Below are positions 8,577 to 19,784 of a stretch of 64,000 nt of DNA, piece after piece (within the stretch, counting starts at the first letter, position 1; each line of letters starts with the position of its first letter). Source of the stretch: an uncultured Spirochaetota bacterium (lineage in GTDB: Bacteria; Spirochaetota; Spirochaetia; SZUA-6; CAVTHK01); contig CAVTHK010000007.1 of assembly GCA_963734495.1 (NCBI GenBank), positions 1 through 64,000 of the forward strand. Direction: 5' to 3'. The notes beneath the pieces were generated by a model. The model worked only from the letters and a program-made list of their open reading frames with translations. It had not been told where the DNA came from and ran no database searches. The position numbers and the translations under genes were made by a program.

Positions 8577-9947
8577 ATGGAGCGAATCCTGCGTGCGGTC
8601 GGCTGCTGTTTCCTTTTCGCACTCTTCTGCGCAAGCGATGGCATATCGCCCCAGCCCCGGGACATGCCGATCAACCATTTCGTCTACGTGATCCAGGAGA
8701 ACAGGACTTTCGACAACTACTTCGGGACGTATCCGGGGGCGAACGGGATCCCGGCCGGCACGAAACTCTCCTATTCTCCGGACGGCCCCAAAGTCTTTGC
8801 GCCGTTTCATCTGCAGAGCCTCCGCATCCCCCGGGACCTCTCCCATAGCTGGCAGGCGGCAAACACGGCCTATCACGACGGCAAGATGGACGGTTTTCTC
8901 TGGGCGGAGTGGCCGGCCGCGCTCAGGTACTACTGGAGTGGGAGCATCCCCCAGATCGACGAAAACCTGATCCATCCCAAAGACCCGCCGGAAAACAACA
9001 AGGGAAGAAGGCAGGAGCGGGCGGCGACGCGCGGCGGTCGCTTCGATTCGGGAGCGCCTGCCGCCAAGCCTTCAGGCAAGCCGCCGGCCTGGGTATTGTT
9101 CACCGCCTCGTACTACGACTACCACGAGATCCCCAACTACTGGGAGTATGCCCGCTCCTTCACCTTGTGCGACAATTTCTTCTCTTCCTTGAGCGGGCCC
9201 AGCGAGCCGAATCACCTGTACACCGTAGCGGCTCAGTCTGCCGGTTTGGTGAACAACCCGCCCCCCGGAATCAACGGTGAAGACGGCGTCTACTCCTTCC
9301 CCACCATCGCGGAGAAGCTCCAGGAAGCCAGGGTGAGCTGGAAGTACTACGACGAAAAACCGAACCCCAAGGAGCACAGCCTCTGGAATCCCCTGCCCGG
9401 GTTCAAGAGCTTCCAGGAGAACGCGGCGCTCATGAACAACGTGGTTTCCCTGTCACAGTTCTACAAGGACGTTGAGGGTCAAGGCTTTCCCGCCGTGTCC
9501 TGGATCGTGCCGGTCGCCCGCAACAGCGAGCACCCGCCGGCCGACGTCAGCGTGGGCATGTGGCACGTGACGGACATCGTGAACGCGGTCATGAAGAGCC
9601 CGCACTGGAAGGACACCGCGATCATCATCACGTGGGACGATTACGGCGGGTTCTACGATCACGTGGCCCCGCCCAAGGTGGATGCGTACGGGCTGGGCCC
9701 CCGGGTTCCCACCCTGGTCATTTCTCCCTTCGCAAGGGCGGGGTACGTCAGCCATTCCCAGTTCGATTTCACTTCCCCGCTGAAGTTGGTGGAGACCCGC
9801 TACGGGCTTGCCCCGCTCACGCCGAGGGACGCCGCGGCCAACGACATGCTCGATTGCTTCGACTTCGGTCAGGCGCCGCTTGCGCCTCGGGTCATCACGC
9901 GGGACACGAAGCTCGATTTCAGCGGCATGAAGACAACGGAGCCGTAG
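8577..9947 (+). CDS. Secreted phosphoesterase (phospholipase C/acid phosphatase family)
   Basis: Signal peptide; [17 protein letters not shown]...[30 protein letters not shown]. Confidence 0.93.
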   Translation: MERILRAVGCCFLFALFCASDGISPQPRDMPINHFVYVIQENRTFDNYFGTYPGANGIPAGTKLSYSPDGPKVFAPFHLQSLRIPRDLSHSWQAANTAYHDGKMDGFLWAEWPAALRYYWSGSIPQIDENLIHPKDPPENNKGRRQERAATRGGRFDSGAPAAKPSGKPPAWVLFTASYYDYHEIPNYWEYARSFTLCDNFFSSLSGPSEPNHLYTVAAQSAGLVNNPPPGINGEDGVYSFPTIAEKLQEARVSWKYYDEKPNPKEHSLWNPLPGFKSFQENAALMNNVVSLSQFYKDVEGQGFPAVSWIVPVARNSEHPPADVSVGMWHVTDIVNAVMKSPHWKDTAIIITWDDYGGFYDHVAPPKVDAYGLGPRVPTLVISPFARAGYVSHSQFDFTSPLKLVETRYGLAPLTPRDAAANDMLDCFDFGQAPLAPRVITRDTKLDFSGMKTTEP

Positions 9948-9981
9948 CCCGCCGCGATCACGAGCTGCGCGGCGGGATTTC

Positions 9982-10731
9982 TCAGCGCGCCAGCGAGACA
10001 CCTGCGTCGACGGCGACGATCTGACCGGTCATGCTGTCGTTCTTCGCGACCATGATGATCGCGGCGGCCACATCGTCGAGCTCCGAGAACCTCCTGAGCG
10101 GCGCCCCTTCCCTCGTACGCCTGATGTCGTCCTCGCTGCGGTTGGGGACCCACCGCGTCAGCATCGCCCCGGGAGCCACAGCGTTCACGGTGATCTCCGG
10201 CGCCAGCGCCACCGCAAGGCAGCGCGTCAGGTGAACAACGGCGGCCTTGGACACCGAATAGGCGATGCTGCTCCCGATGGGCCGCAGCGCCGAAATGGTC
10301 GCGATGTTGACGATCCGGCCGGAGCCCTGTCGCCTCATCACTGGAGCGACGGCCTGGCTGCAGAGAAACGGCCCCTTCGCGTTGACCGCCATCAGGCGGT
10401 CCCAATCCTCTTCCTTCAGGGCCTCGATATCGCGAAACGGCACGAAGACGGTGAACGCTGCGTTGTTGACCAGGACATCGATACGGCCAAAGGCGCGCAC
10501 GACTTCGCTGACCATGGCGGCGACAGCCTTGGAATCCGAAACGTCCGCCCGTGCCGGCATCGCGGTGCCCCCGAGCCGCTGGATCTCCACGACGGTCTCG
10601 CGCGCCTCCTTCTCCGAACGCGAGTATCCGACGGCCACGCGGGCGCCTTCGCGCGCCATGGCGAGGCTCGTGACGCGCCCGAGCCCGGTACCGCCCCCTG
10701 TGATCAGCGCCACTTTGTCCCTGAGTTCCAT
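9982..10731 (-). CDS. SDR-family NAD(P)-dependent oxidoreductase
   Basis: TGGGTGLG, NNAA, YSVSK. Confidence 0.93.
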   Translation of the reverse strand: MELRDKVALITGGGTGLGRVTSLAMAREGARVAVGYSRSEKEARETVVEIQRLGGTAMPARADVSDSKAVAAMVSEVVRAFGRIDVLVNNAAFTVFVPFRDIEALKEEDWDRLMAVNAKGPFLCSQAVAPVMRRQGSGRIVNIATISALRPIGSSIAYSVSKAAVVHLTRCLAVALAPEITVNAVAPGAMLTRWVPNRSEDDIRRTREGAPLRRFSELDDVAAAIIMVAKNDSMTGQIVAVDAGVSLAR

Positions 10732-10858
10732 GCGTCCCCCTCGCGGAGAGTATAAGCCCTGGCGAGCCCGTCCGGCGCGATGCAGCAGCGCGATGCAGCG
10801 GGGCGGAGACGGTCCGGCGATATTCGGCTACACTGCCCGCCCTGAGGGGGAAGGGCCT

Positions 10859-12087
10859 ATGGCCTACGGCTGCGGGATAGACTTCGGGACCAGCAACTCG
10901 GTCGTGGCGATCGCTCGGCCGCAAGACGGCAGGGCGACCGTAGTCGCCTCGGAGCCCTCCTGCATCCTCATCGTCGACGAGGACGTCGGGCACAGGCTGT
11001 ACGTCGGCGAGGATGCGCTGCGGCGCTACCTCAGAGTGACGTCTCCCGCCAGGTTCGTGAAGTCGATGAAGAGCCTGCTCCCCGACACGTCCTTCACGAC
11101 CACAAGGGTGTTCGGACGAGCCTACGGCCCGGAGCACCTCGTGCGGCCGATCCTGAGCGCGCTCAAGGAGCGCGCGGAACAGGCAACGGGAGCGCCCGTG
11201 CGGTCCGTCACCCTCGGCAGACCCGTGCGCTTCTCGACCGATCCGGAGGCTGACGCCGCCGCCGAGGCGCGCCTCGCCAAGGCCGCCGGCTCTCGCAGGC
11301 TTCGAGCGGGTCGAGTTCAGGCGCGAGCCCGAGGCGGCCGGCTGGAGCTACGCCGCGCGGCTGCCCCGCGAGAGCCTGGTGCTCGTAGCGGACCTCGGCG
11401 GCGGAACGGCGGACTTCACCCTGCTGCGCCTGCGCCCGGGCGGGCCCCACGACGCCCTCGCGACGTGCGGGGGTCCGCATCGGAGGCGACGATTTCGACG
11501 CGGCGATCATGGCGGGCCGGCTGACCGCGCTGTTCGGCAGGGGAAGCACGTACGAGTCCTGGGGCCGTCAGCTCGAGGTGCCTCCGCACATCTACGCCGC
11601 CATCTGCCGCTGGGACCTGATCCCATTTCTCAAGGAGTCGCGCACCCGGCGCGACCTGCGCTACATCCTCAACGGCGCGAGCGACCCCGAGGCGATCGCG
11701 CGGCTCATCGCGCTCATAGATCGCGATCTCGGCTACGCGCTGTTCCGCGAGATCGCAGGCGCCAAGCATCGCCTGTCCCAGTCCGAGACCGCGAGGCTCG
11801 ACTTTGCCGAGCAGCCGATCACGCTCTCCGTTGAGCTCTCCAGGAATGAGTTTGAAGGTATGGTCGCGGCGGAGATCGAGCGGTTGAGGGCCGAGGCCAT
11901 GGGGACCCTCGCGCTCGCCGGTCTTCCGGCTGAACAGGTCGACGCGTGCTTCCTCACCGGAGGCACATCGCTCGTGCCTGCCGTCGGCCGCATCTTCCGC
12001 GACCTCTTCGGCGCCGAGCGGGTCCACGCGGGCGACACCTTTACCAGCGTGGCGATGGGCCTCGCGCTGATGGCGGCGGCGGAATAG
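10859..12087 (+). CDS. Hsp70-family protein (YegD-like); frameshifts near 11290-11330 and 11475
   Basis: GIDFGTSNS, FVKSMKS, LGRPVRF, DLGGGTADFTL, LTGGTS, FTSVAMGL in three frames; no peptide-binding domain. Confidence 0.88.
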
Positions 12088-12163
12088 GCAGTGCGGACAG
12101 GACAATCTGGCCGCATGGCCGGCCGGGGTCTCCCGTCGCGCACCGCAGCAGCCTTCTTTTTGG

Positions 12164-12490
12164 TTATCCCTTGGGGGGCGCCAGCTTGACTACGCCCGCC
12201 TTCTTCATGGCCTGAATGGCCTCTGGAATCGAGAACAGCTGAGTGGTCCGGGTCCCCGTGAGAATCCCGGTCCCGATCGCGGCGACCACGTAAGCCATCG
12301 CGGCTCCGCTGTCCGGCAGCTCGACGATGGCCACGCCGTCGAACTCGCCGAACGAGTAGTACATGCCAAGAAGCTGCCCGCCCAATCTCTCGATGTTCAC
12401 CTTTACCTGGCCGCTGCGATCCTCGGGGTTTCTAGTCATGGCCGCCCATGCCTCGGGCGTGTACGAAAACTGCAGCATGTAGAGCGACAT
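12164..12490 (-). CDS. GYD-domain protein
   Basis: YTPEAW...PEDR...LGGQL...YYSFGEFDGVAIVELPD pattern; GGAGG RBS. Confidence 0.88.
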   Translation of the reverse strand: MSLYMLQFSYTPEAWAAMTRNPEDRSGQVKVNIERLGGQLLGMYYSFGEFDGVAIVELPDSGAAMAYVVAAIGTGILTGTRTTQLFSIPEAIQAMKKAGVVKLAPPKG

Positions 12491-12672
12491 CTCCCGGCCT
12501 CCTCGATGCAAGCGCTTTCGAACCCGTCGCCATAGGCGAGGCGGCGGTAGCCCAGCTTACGACGAGGTCAGCCGGATCGGTAGAGAAGCGACAGAGATGC
12601 GTCCGCGACCGTCAGAGAAATGTCCTCGGCCGTCCATCGAAAGCGCGCTGCGCCGGACGACGCGTATTCTCG

Positions 12673-13383
12673 TCACATGGATTCGAGCTTCCGTCTGGTC
12701 CGGTAGAAGAACTCGTCGGTGAGCTGCTCCTCGAGGCCGTACTTCCGATACACCCAGTCGGCGTAGTGGTAGTTCATTCGGTCAACCAGCAGGTAGTCGA
12801 TCTTGCCTTTGAGCAGGTCCCCCAGCCCTTCGGCGCCGGGGAGGATCGGCGCAATCATGGCGTAGGTCCTGATGCCGGCTTCGTGCAGTTCGCCTAACGC
12901 CCCTATCCTGTCGCGGATCGGCGGCGCGTGGGGCTCGAACAACTTCCTGATGTTGTCATCCGCCGTGGTGATCGAGAAACCGACCTCGATATCCGGGGCC
13001 GCTTTGAGGATGTCGAGGTCCCGCAGCACGAGCGGGGAGCGCGTCTGAACCACTACCGGCCAGTTGTGCTGCGCCAGTATCTCGAGACACTGCCGGGTCA
13101 GCTTGTACCTGGCCTCCAGGGGTTGATACGGATCGCACACGCCGCTCACCCAGACCCTGCCCCTCTTTCTCTTCCTGCCTGCCTCCACTCGCAGCCGATC
13201 GGCGGCGTTGACTTTGACGTCGACGAACTCACCCCAGGGTTCCCGGTGTCCGGTGACCCTCTTCATGAAGCGGGCGTAGCAGTACGAACAGCCGTGCTGG
13301 CAGCCGGTATAGGGGTTGACGACGTAGTCATAGACCTTTGATGCGGAGAGAACGCTCTTTGCCTGGATCTCCTTTACGATCAT
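12673..13383 (-). CDS. Radical SAM protein, spore photoproduct lyase-like (COG1533 type)
   Basis: NPYTGCQHGCSYCYA, DPYQPLE, TRSPLVLRDLD, FEPHAP. Confidence 0.9.
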   Translation of the reverse strand: MIVKEIQAKSVLSASKVYDYVVNPYTGCQHGCSYCYARFMKRVTGHREPWGEFVDVKVNAADRLRVEAGRKRKRGRVWVSGVCDPYQPLEARYKLTRQCLEILAQHNWPVVVQTRSPLVLRDLDILKAAPDIEVGFSITTADDNIRKLFEPHAPPIRDRIGALGELHEAGIRTYAMIAPILPGAEGLGDLLKGKIDYLLVDRMNYHYADWVYRKYGLEEQLTDEFFYRTRRKLESM

Positions 13384-13420
13384 GGCCTTCTTCGGCGCGC
13401 GACGCGCGTCGCGCTCGTGC

Positions 13421-14191
13421 TCAGACCTCGAACGCCGGCTCTTTCGCGACAGAGGTCAGCAGCCGCCCGGCCGCCTCTACCTGGGCAGCCGTCCCGTCGA
13501 CCGCCAGCCAGCAGCAGCCCTCGGCACCGCCGACGCCGCCTGCAGCAATCAGCTCCGCCGACGCACCCGTCAGCTGCGCGACCGCGTCGAGCTCCGTGAC
13601 CAGGTCGCCTTGCACGGCGAGAAGCCGGGGCCCGTGCGCGTCGGGTGCGTTGAGGCGAAGCGCTATCTGTGCGAGGTCACAGGCGACCCGCTTTTCCAGC
13701 CCCACGGGAAGGATCAGCCGGACCCGACGCCCAACCACGGCTTGAAAAGCGACCCCGATGGTGCCCGCCTTGGGATGGCCGATCAGGATGCCGGCGGTCC
13801 TGCTCGCGAGGTCGACCGCGTTGGCGCCCTTCACAATGACATCCCCTTCTTTCAGGTCGTCGACGACGTCGTAGATCTCTTTGCGTCCCCTCTGCCACTG
13901 GCCCTTCACGATGATCACGTCGCCCGGAAAGCCGCTCTGGTCCGCGAGGCGCCCCGATTCGGTCATGCGGTACCCAGGCGGGAGCGTGATCCCCCGGAAG
14001 AAACTGCGCCGCGAGAAGCCCTCGGCCTGCCCGATGGACTTCAGGACCTCTTCGGCCACGTAGCCGTTGGTGGTGCCCGCGACGATGACCACCGTCCCCT
14101 TCTCGAGGGCAGCGATGACTCCCGGGTGCGCGGCGACCGCTTTGGCGATCAGGCGCTTCCCCGCCGCGGGCGTGATCATGTACTGCTTCAT
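13421..14191 (-). CDS. Conserved hypothetical protein
   Basis: [51 protein letters not shown]; host-like codon usage; GGAGG RBS before ATG 14191. Confidence 0.8.
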   Translation of the reverse strand: MKQYMITPAAGKRLIAKAVAAHPGVIAALEKGTVVIVAGTTNGYVAEEVLKSIGQAEGFSRRSFFRGITLPPGYRMTESGRLADQSGFPGDVIIVKGQWQRGRKEIYDVVDDLKEGDVIVKGANAVDLASRTAGILIGHPKAGTIGVAFQAVVGRRVRLILPVGLEKRVACDLAQIALRLNAPDAHGPRLLAVQGDLVTELDAVAQLTGASAELIAAGGVGGAEGCCWLAVDGTAAQVEAAGRLLTSVAKEPAFEV

Positions 14192-14459
14192 GGTTGTTCC
14201 TCCGTTTCGCCGTCCCGGCCGCGCCGGCCGCCACAGCCTACGCCTCGGCCGGGGAGGCCGCAAGCGACCGCTCGCGCCGGGCGGGGCGGTTGCGCTGCAG
14301 TAGCTGCTGTCTTCGGCAAAGGGGTGCATCCATGCTGAGCGAGTCGAGGTACCGGGTGGCGGTCAGGACGCGAACGCATCAAAGGAGACGCCATGCGTTC
14401 GACTGGCCGGCCCCCGCAGGGAGCCACCGGGACAGCACAGCGTCCCGGGCCGCTACCCG

Positions 14460-16160
14460 TCAGAAGTCCATGAAGAACCTGCCGGCAAGGATATTGTAGC
14501 GAAGAACATCAAGCTCGTCCTTGGCGCAGGCCTTCCCCATGGCAGCCAGGATCTCTTCCTTCTTCAGATACTCGGGCGACATCCTGATGATGCTCTGCTG
14601 CCGATCGGCGTTGACGACCAGCACCCGGGGCGCGTTGTCCATCTCCGACCACGCACCCCAGCGTGGCAGACCGGGGCCATTGGGATCGCCGCTACGCAGG
14701 AAGTTGCTGAGGTAGCCGACCAGCTTGTCCGCCAGATCTGCTCTGCCTGGCTTGTTCGCCGCCGTGTAGTATTTCCCGGGGAAGGTCTTCGCCAGGGAAT
14801 ACTCCTCGTACCCCGTATAGAAGTCGATGTCCGACCCGTGGGCCGCAGCGATCAGCTTGTCGACGGGCTCGCCGGACAGGGTCCGCTCGAGGGTCCCCCA
14901 GGAAAATCGCAGGGCATACACGGGGGGCTGGCCTTTGGCCTGGCTGAAACAGCGGGCGACGCTGTCGATGTTGAACCCCGAATAGAGCGGGCCGCCGTAC
15001 CTCACGGCATCCTGGTAGGTGCGAAGCTTCTTCTCATCCTGGAAGATCGTTCCCTTGGCAATCGCCCCGCCGAAATAGGGATCGCTCATTGCGAAGGTGA
15101 CGAACTCGAACGCCGTCCCGGACGCGATCATCGGGACCATGCTGTACCGGCCGGTCTTCGCGACATCGAACCCCTCGTTGGGCAGGACATGACCGTCGCG
15201 GAACAGGTGCGCGAACGAGCTCATCCGGATCGGCACCCCGCCGACCGCGACGGCAAATGCCGCGGCGCTCTTGCCGCGCAGGTAAGCGGCGATGGCCGCC
15301 CTGGGCTGATCGTCCAGCCACCTCTGGGCCTCCGCTTCGTTGCAGGCGATGCCGTCGCTGATCACCAGTCGCCGCACGACCCTGTCGGCGAACGCCTGCC
15401 CCTCCTCCGGGGTCGCCATCGTCAGGCCGCCGCTGAAGGAAACCGCCTTGTGGACCAGGCCCCTGGCCAGCGGAGATGTCAGCGCCGCGAGCGAATTGCG
15501 GCCGCCTGCCGAGAAGCCGGACAGGGTCACGTTGGCCGGATCGCCGCCGAAGCTGGCGATATTGTCGCGGACCCACGCGAGGGCCTTGATGATGTCCAGC
15601 AGGGCGAAGTTGCCGGAGTCAGCCAGCTCGTCGCCGGACTTGAGAGCTTCATGGTTGAAGAAACCCATGACTCCCAGCCGGTAGTTGAGCGAGATGATGA
15701 CACTGTCCGTCCTTCGCGCCAGGTTGTCGCCCTTCCAGGCTTCGCCGGACCCGCTCACGTTGCTGCCGCCGTGGACAAACACGAGGACGGGAAGGTTCTC
15801 CTCGGGGGTGTTCGGCCGCCAGATGTTCAGATAGAGGCAGTCCTCGTCGCCCGCTACGCCGGCGCCTGCCAGCTGCACGCTCCTGTTTCCGTACTGCCCG
15901 GCCTGCAGGACTCCGTCCCATCGGTCGAGGTCTTCGGGGGCCTTCCAGCGCAGGCGGCCGACAGGCGGTTTCGCGTACGGCACACCTTTCCAAGCCAGTG
16001 TGCCGGTGTCTTCCGCCAGCACTCCCTGTACGGCGCCGTATCTTGTTTGCTGCAAGGCCGTTGCCGAGTAGCGGCCGGCCGCAGTCTGCGCAGCCGCGCC
16101 TGAAGCCGCCAGCAGCGCGATCAGGAACGCGGCCGCTCTCCCTCTGCCCGGTATTCTCAT
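14460..16160 (-). CDS. Secreted type-B carboxylesterase
   Basis: Signal peptide; KGVPYAKPPVGRLRW, EDCLYLNIW, HGGS, FGGDPANVTLSGFSAGG, AAHGSDI. Confidence 0.93.
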   Translation of the reverse strand: MRIPGRGRAAAFLIALLAASGAAAQTAAGRYSATALQQTRYGAVQGVLAEDTGTLAWKGVPYAKPPVGRLRWKAPEDLDRWDGVLQAGQYGNRSVQLAGAGVAGDEDCLYLNIWRPNTPEENLPVLVFVHGGSNVSGSGEAWKGDNLARRTDSVIISLNYRLGVMGFFNHEALKSGDELADSGNFALLDIIKALAWVRDNIASFGGDPANVTLSGFSAGGRNSLAALTSPLARGLVHKAVSFSGGLTMATPEEGQAFADRVVRRLVISDGIACNEAEAQRWLDDQPRAAIAAYLRGKSAAAFAVAVGGVPIRMSSFAHLFRDGHVLPNEGFDVAKTGRYSMVPMIASGTAFEFVTFAMSDPYFGGAIAKGTIFQDEKKLRTYQDAVRYGGPLYSGFNIDSVARCFSQAKGQPPVYALRFSWGTLERTLSGEPVDKLIAAAHGSDIDFYTGYEEYSLAKTFPGKYYTAANKPGRADLADKLVGYLSNFLRSGDPNGPGLPRWGAWSEMDNAPRVLVVNADRQQSIIRMSPEYLKKEEILAAMGKACAKDELDVLRYNILAGRFFMDF

Positions 16161-16387
16161 CGCAGTACCTCCTCCTCCGTGCGGACAAGCTTCCTTCCTC
16201 GGGCCGCATCGCGGTTGCGTGCCTTCGAGGCATTCTTGACGCTCGTCGTGATTGCCGTTCCCCGGAAATGGCAAATGTGTGTCACGCCAGACGGGCCGCC
16301 CGACTATGCGTTCGCACCCTTCGAGTCGTCGCCGCCCGTGCGCGCCGCGCGTTATCTTCGGACGTGACTGCTCTCTGAGAGGCCCGA

Positions 16388-16795
16388 ATGGCAACGGTTC
16401 AGGTTCGCTACATAGTCAGGGATGTCGAGGCAGCGATCGAGTTCTACTGCAGGCATCTGGGGTTCAGCGAAGTCATGCGCAGGGCGCAGGCCTTTGCGAT
16501 GCTCGAGCGAGGCGACCTTCGCCTGGTTCTGAACGCGCCGGGCGGACGCGGCGGGGGTGGTCAGGCCATGCCTGACGGCACTCTGCCGGAGCCCGGCGGG
16601 CGGAACCGGTTCACGATCGAAGTCGAGGATCTCGGGGCGAAGGTCGACGCGATGCGCAAGGCCGGCGTCCGTTTCCGGAACGACATCGTGACGGGCGTCG
16701 GCGGGAAGCAGATCCTCGCCGAAGACCCGTCCGGAAACCCCGTGGAGCTGTTCGAGCCGACGCGCCAAGAGGCGCGCCTCGGCGCCTCTTCGTGA
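16388..16795 (+). CDS. VOC/glyoxalase family protein
   Basis: VRYIVRDVEAAIEFY...EDPSGNPVELFEP. Confidence 0.92.
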   Translation: MATVQVRYIVRDVEAAIEFYCRHLGFSEVMRRAQAFAMLERGDLRLVLNAPGGRGGGGQAMPDGTLPEPGGRNRFTIEVEDLGAKVDAMRKAGVRFRNDIVTGVGGKQILAEDPSGNPVELFEPTRQEARLGASS

Positions 16796-16877
16796 CCGTC
16801 GAATCCGCCTGCGTGCCCTCTGCACCGCGGTCGTGGTAGGATGTCCTCAATCCGCAGCGGCGTGAGGAGAAGATCAA

Positions 16878-18242
16878 GTGGCCACCAAGATCGTTCTGAT
16901 AGGAGCCGGCAGCGCCCAGTTCGGGTTCGGGACCATCGGCGAGATCCTGCAGAGCTCGACGCTCAAGGGCTCGACGATCATGCTTCACGACATCAATGGC
17001 GAAGCGCTTGCGAGGGTCGCGAACACCGCCCAGGCCTTCGTCAAGGAGAAGAAGCTGTCGTTCGAGGTCGAGTCCTCGGTCGACAGGAAGAAGGCGCTCC
17101 GCGGGGCCGGGTTCGTCGTCATATCGATCGAGGTCGGCGACCGCTTCGAGCTCTGGGACCAGGACCGCACCGTGCCGCAGCAGTACGGGATCACGCAGGT
17201 GTACGGCGAGAACGGCGGGCCGGGCGGGGTGTTCCACTCGCTGCGGATCATCCCGCCGATCCTCGAGATCTGCGCGGACGTGGCCGAGCTGTGCCCGCAG
17301 GCTCACGTCTTCTGCTTTTCCAACCCGATGACGGCCATCTGCACGGCCGTGACGCGCGCGTACCCCGCGCTCAACTTTGTCGGCATCTGCCACGAGATCG
17401 CGTCGGTCCACCGGTATCTCCCGCCGATGCTCAACACGCCCTACGAGAACCTCGATATCGTCGCCGGCGGCCTGAATCACTTCAGTGTAGTTCTGAAGGC
17501 GGCGTACCGGGACTCGGGGCGCGACGCATACCCTGACATCCTGGCCAAGGCGCCGGCGTTCTTCGAGAAGGAGCCGGGCTTCAGCGACCTCTGGGCGTGG
17601 CTCAGGAAGACGGGCGAGAAGCGGCGGACCGAAGGCGCCCTGGAGCGATTCGCGCTGGAGATCCGTCAGAGCGCCAAGCCCTGGGCGGATCGCGGGCTCT
17701 TCCGGGTCATCCTCGAGCGTTTCCACCTGCTGCCCATCACCTGGGACAGCCACTTCGGCGAGTACATCGGCTGGGCGCACGATGTCTCGGACCACGCGGG
17801 GATCATGGATTTCCTCGACCTCTACAAGAACATGCTCGCGCACGTCGAGGCGCACATCGAGCTCAAGCTCCACGAGCGCATCGTCCCGATGATCGAAGGA
17901 ATCCTCACCGATTCGAAGCAGCGGGAGGAGGCGGTCAACGTCCGGAACAAGGGGCTCGTCCCGGAGCTGCCCGAGTTCGTCGCGGTCGAGGTGCCGGCGA
18001 CCATCGATTCCCGCGGCGTTCACGGGCAGGCGCTTCCGCCGCTGCCGGCGGGCTACGCGGCGCTGCTGCGCAACTACACGGGAGTCTACGATCTCACCGC
18101 GGAGGCGGTGCTGCACAGGAGCAAGGACCTCGCCGTGCAGGCGCTGCTGGTCAACCCGGTCACGAACAGGGCCCGGGACACGGCGGAGCTCATGGACCAC
18201 ATGATCAGCCTGCAGCCGAAGTGGCTCGGCTACCTCTCGTGA
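16878..18242 (+). CDS. GH4 NAD-dependent alpha-glucosidase/alpha-galactosidase
   Basis: KIVLIGAGS, GENGGPGG, SNPM, GICHE, GLNH. Confidence 0.94.
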   Translation: MATKIVLIGAGSAQFGFGTIGEILQSSTLKGSTIMLHDINGEALARVANTAQAFVKEKKLSFEVESSVDRKKALRGAGFVVISIEVGDRFELWDQDRTVPQQYGITQVYGENGGPGGVFHSLRIIPPILEICADVAELCPQAHVFCFSNPMTAICTAVTRAYPALNFVGICHEIASVHRYLPPMLNTPYENLDIVAGGLNHFSVVLKAAYRDSGRDAYPDILAKAPAFFEKEPGFSDLWAWLRKTGEKRRTEGALERFALEIRQSAKPWADRGLFRVILERFHLLPITWDSHFGEYIGWAHDVSDHAGIMDFLDLYKNMLAHVEAHIELKLHERIVPMIEGILTDSKQREEAVNVRNKGLVPELPEFVAVEVPATIDSRGVHGQALPPLPAGYAALLRNYTGVYDLTAEAVLHRSKDLAVQALLVNPVTNRARDTAELMDHMISLQPKWLGYLS

Positions 18243-18255
18243 GGCGCCGGGCGAG

Positions 18256-19727
18256 TCACAGCAGCAGCCGCGGCGTGGTCTTCTCGTCCAGCGGCCAGAT
18301 CGGGCGCTGGATCCGCGTGTACGGGATCCTCGTGTAGTCGCGGCTCAGCGGGCCGTCGGACTCGACGTAGAGCACCTTTTGCGCGACCGGGCCGAAAGCC
18401 CCCATGAAGTGATTGGTCGACTTGACCACCACCAGCTTCCGCTGAGTGGGCTCGACTCCGACGTTGCGGAAGAGCTCGAGACCCAGCGCCTGCGTGCGGT
18501 TGGAGATCAGCACCACCTCGACGCCGCCCGCGCGGACGGCCGCGCAATCGCCTAACGGCACCTGCGTCGGCCCGAAGCTCTGCCACGCGTCTCGCTTGAG
18601 CCCGATGACCTTGACGCGGGCATCCACCGGCCGGCCGGACGCGGGACCGATCTTGCCGCCGAAGCGGAGGTCGAGCTCGCCGTCGAGACCGGCGTCGAAG
18701 CACAGCCGCACGGCCACGGGGTCCCAGATCGGCCCGAGGGCCGCCGAGGGCACCTTGCGCTCGATGAGCCGGCGCAGGATGGTGGTGTTGTCCGAGGGGG
18801 CGCCTCCGCCCGCGTTGTCCGCGGGATCGGCCATGACCACCGGCGCGCCGTCGAACGCGAGCGCCTCCGTCGATGCCGCCGTCGACGTCGAAGTACCGCG
18901 GCATCGTCCTCCCGCGCATCGACACGAGCTCCTCCCCTATCTTCGTCGCCAGCGCATCGCCGCCTGCCTTGTCGCGGTCGGTCACGACGAGGATGCGGCC
19001 GCCGATCTCGGGCACGTCCGCATACGGGAAACAGTGGCCGATGGAGATCGACAGCACGCGGCCCTTGCCTTCCATGGCCTTGACCTTGTCGACGAACGCC
19101 CGCATGAGCGGCAGCGTCGTCGGGTAGCTCGAGATCTGGCGGCAGTCGTACAGCGACATGACGGGCGCGATCTCGCCGCCGGATGGTCCTCAGCACCAGG
19201 TCGAGGAGCTCCTCCGCGCGCTCCGCCACGTCGACGTGCGGAAACTCCTTGTAGAGCACGATGACGTCGGCGAGCTTCACGCGCTTCACCGTGAGATGAC
19301 AGTGCAGGTCGAGCTCGACGCCGATCACGCACTTCGGGCCCACGATGGCCCGCAGCCGCTCGAGGACGTCGCCTTCGACGTCGTCGTACCCGTCGGCGAC
19401 CATCGCCCCGTGGAGCCCGAGAAGCACGCCGTCGAGCGGCATGGCCTCCCGCGCCTGCGCGAGGATCTCGTCGCGCATGAGCTCGTAGTCCTTGCGGACC
19501 GTCGTGCCGGCAGGGCTGGCCGCGAAGCAGCTTCCTTCTATTAGGGTGAAGGCATCCGCCCTGGCGCGCCGCCTCGCCACCCACAGAGGCGAGGTGCACA
19601 TGAGCGGGGCATCGTCCGGATGCTCGCCGGGGCGCAGGAACACGCTCTCCTTGTACCCCGCGAGACTCGTCGGCATCGGCGAGAACGTGTTGGTCTCGGT
19701 CGCGATCGTAGCTGCAAACAGCCGCAT
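18256..19727 (-). CDS. M81 family metallopeptidase (MlrC-like); frameshifts near 19175 and 18860
   Basis: ETNTFSP, GLHGAM, ELDLHCH, YKEFPHVD, FPYADVP, DPADNAGGGAPSD, VKSTNHF. Confidence 0.9.
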
Positions 19728-19784
19728 GGCGTCCCTCCAGCTCGAAGATCGGCCGCGGTCCGCCGCGGCCGGGCGCTCAGCGTC

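Noticed and set aside
14381-14432. Cobalamin-riboswitch-like words GCCCCCGC and GCCAC
   Set aside because: GGGAA, CGGTG/AATCCG and ACTGT elements are missing, and it is on the strand opposite the flanking genes.
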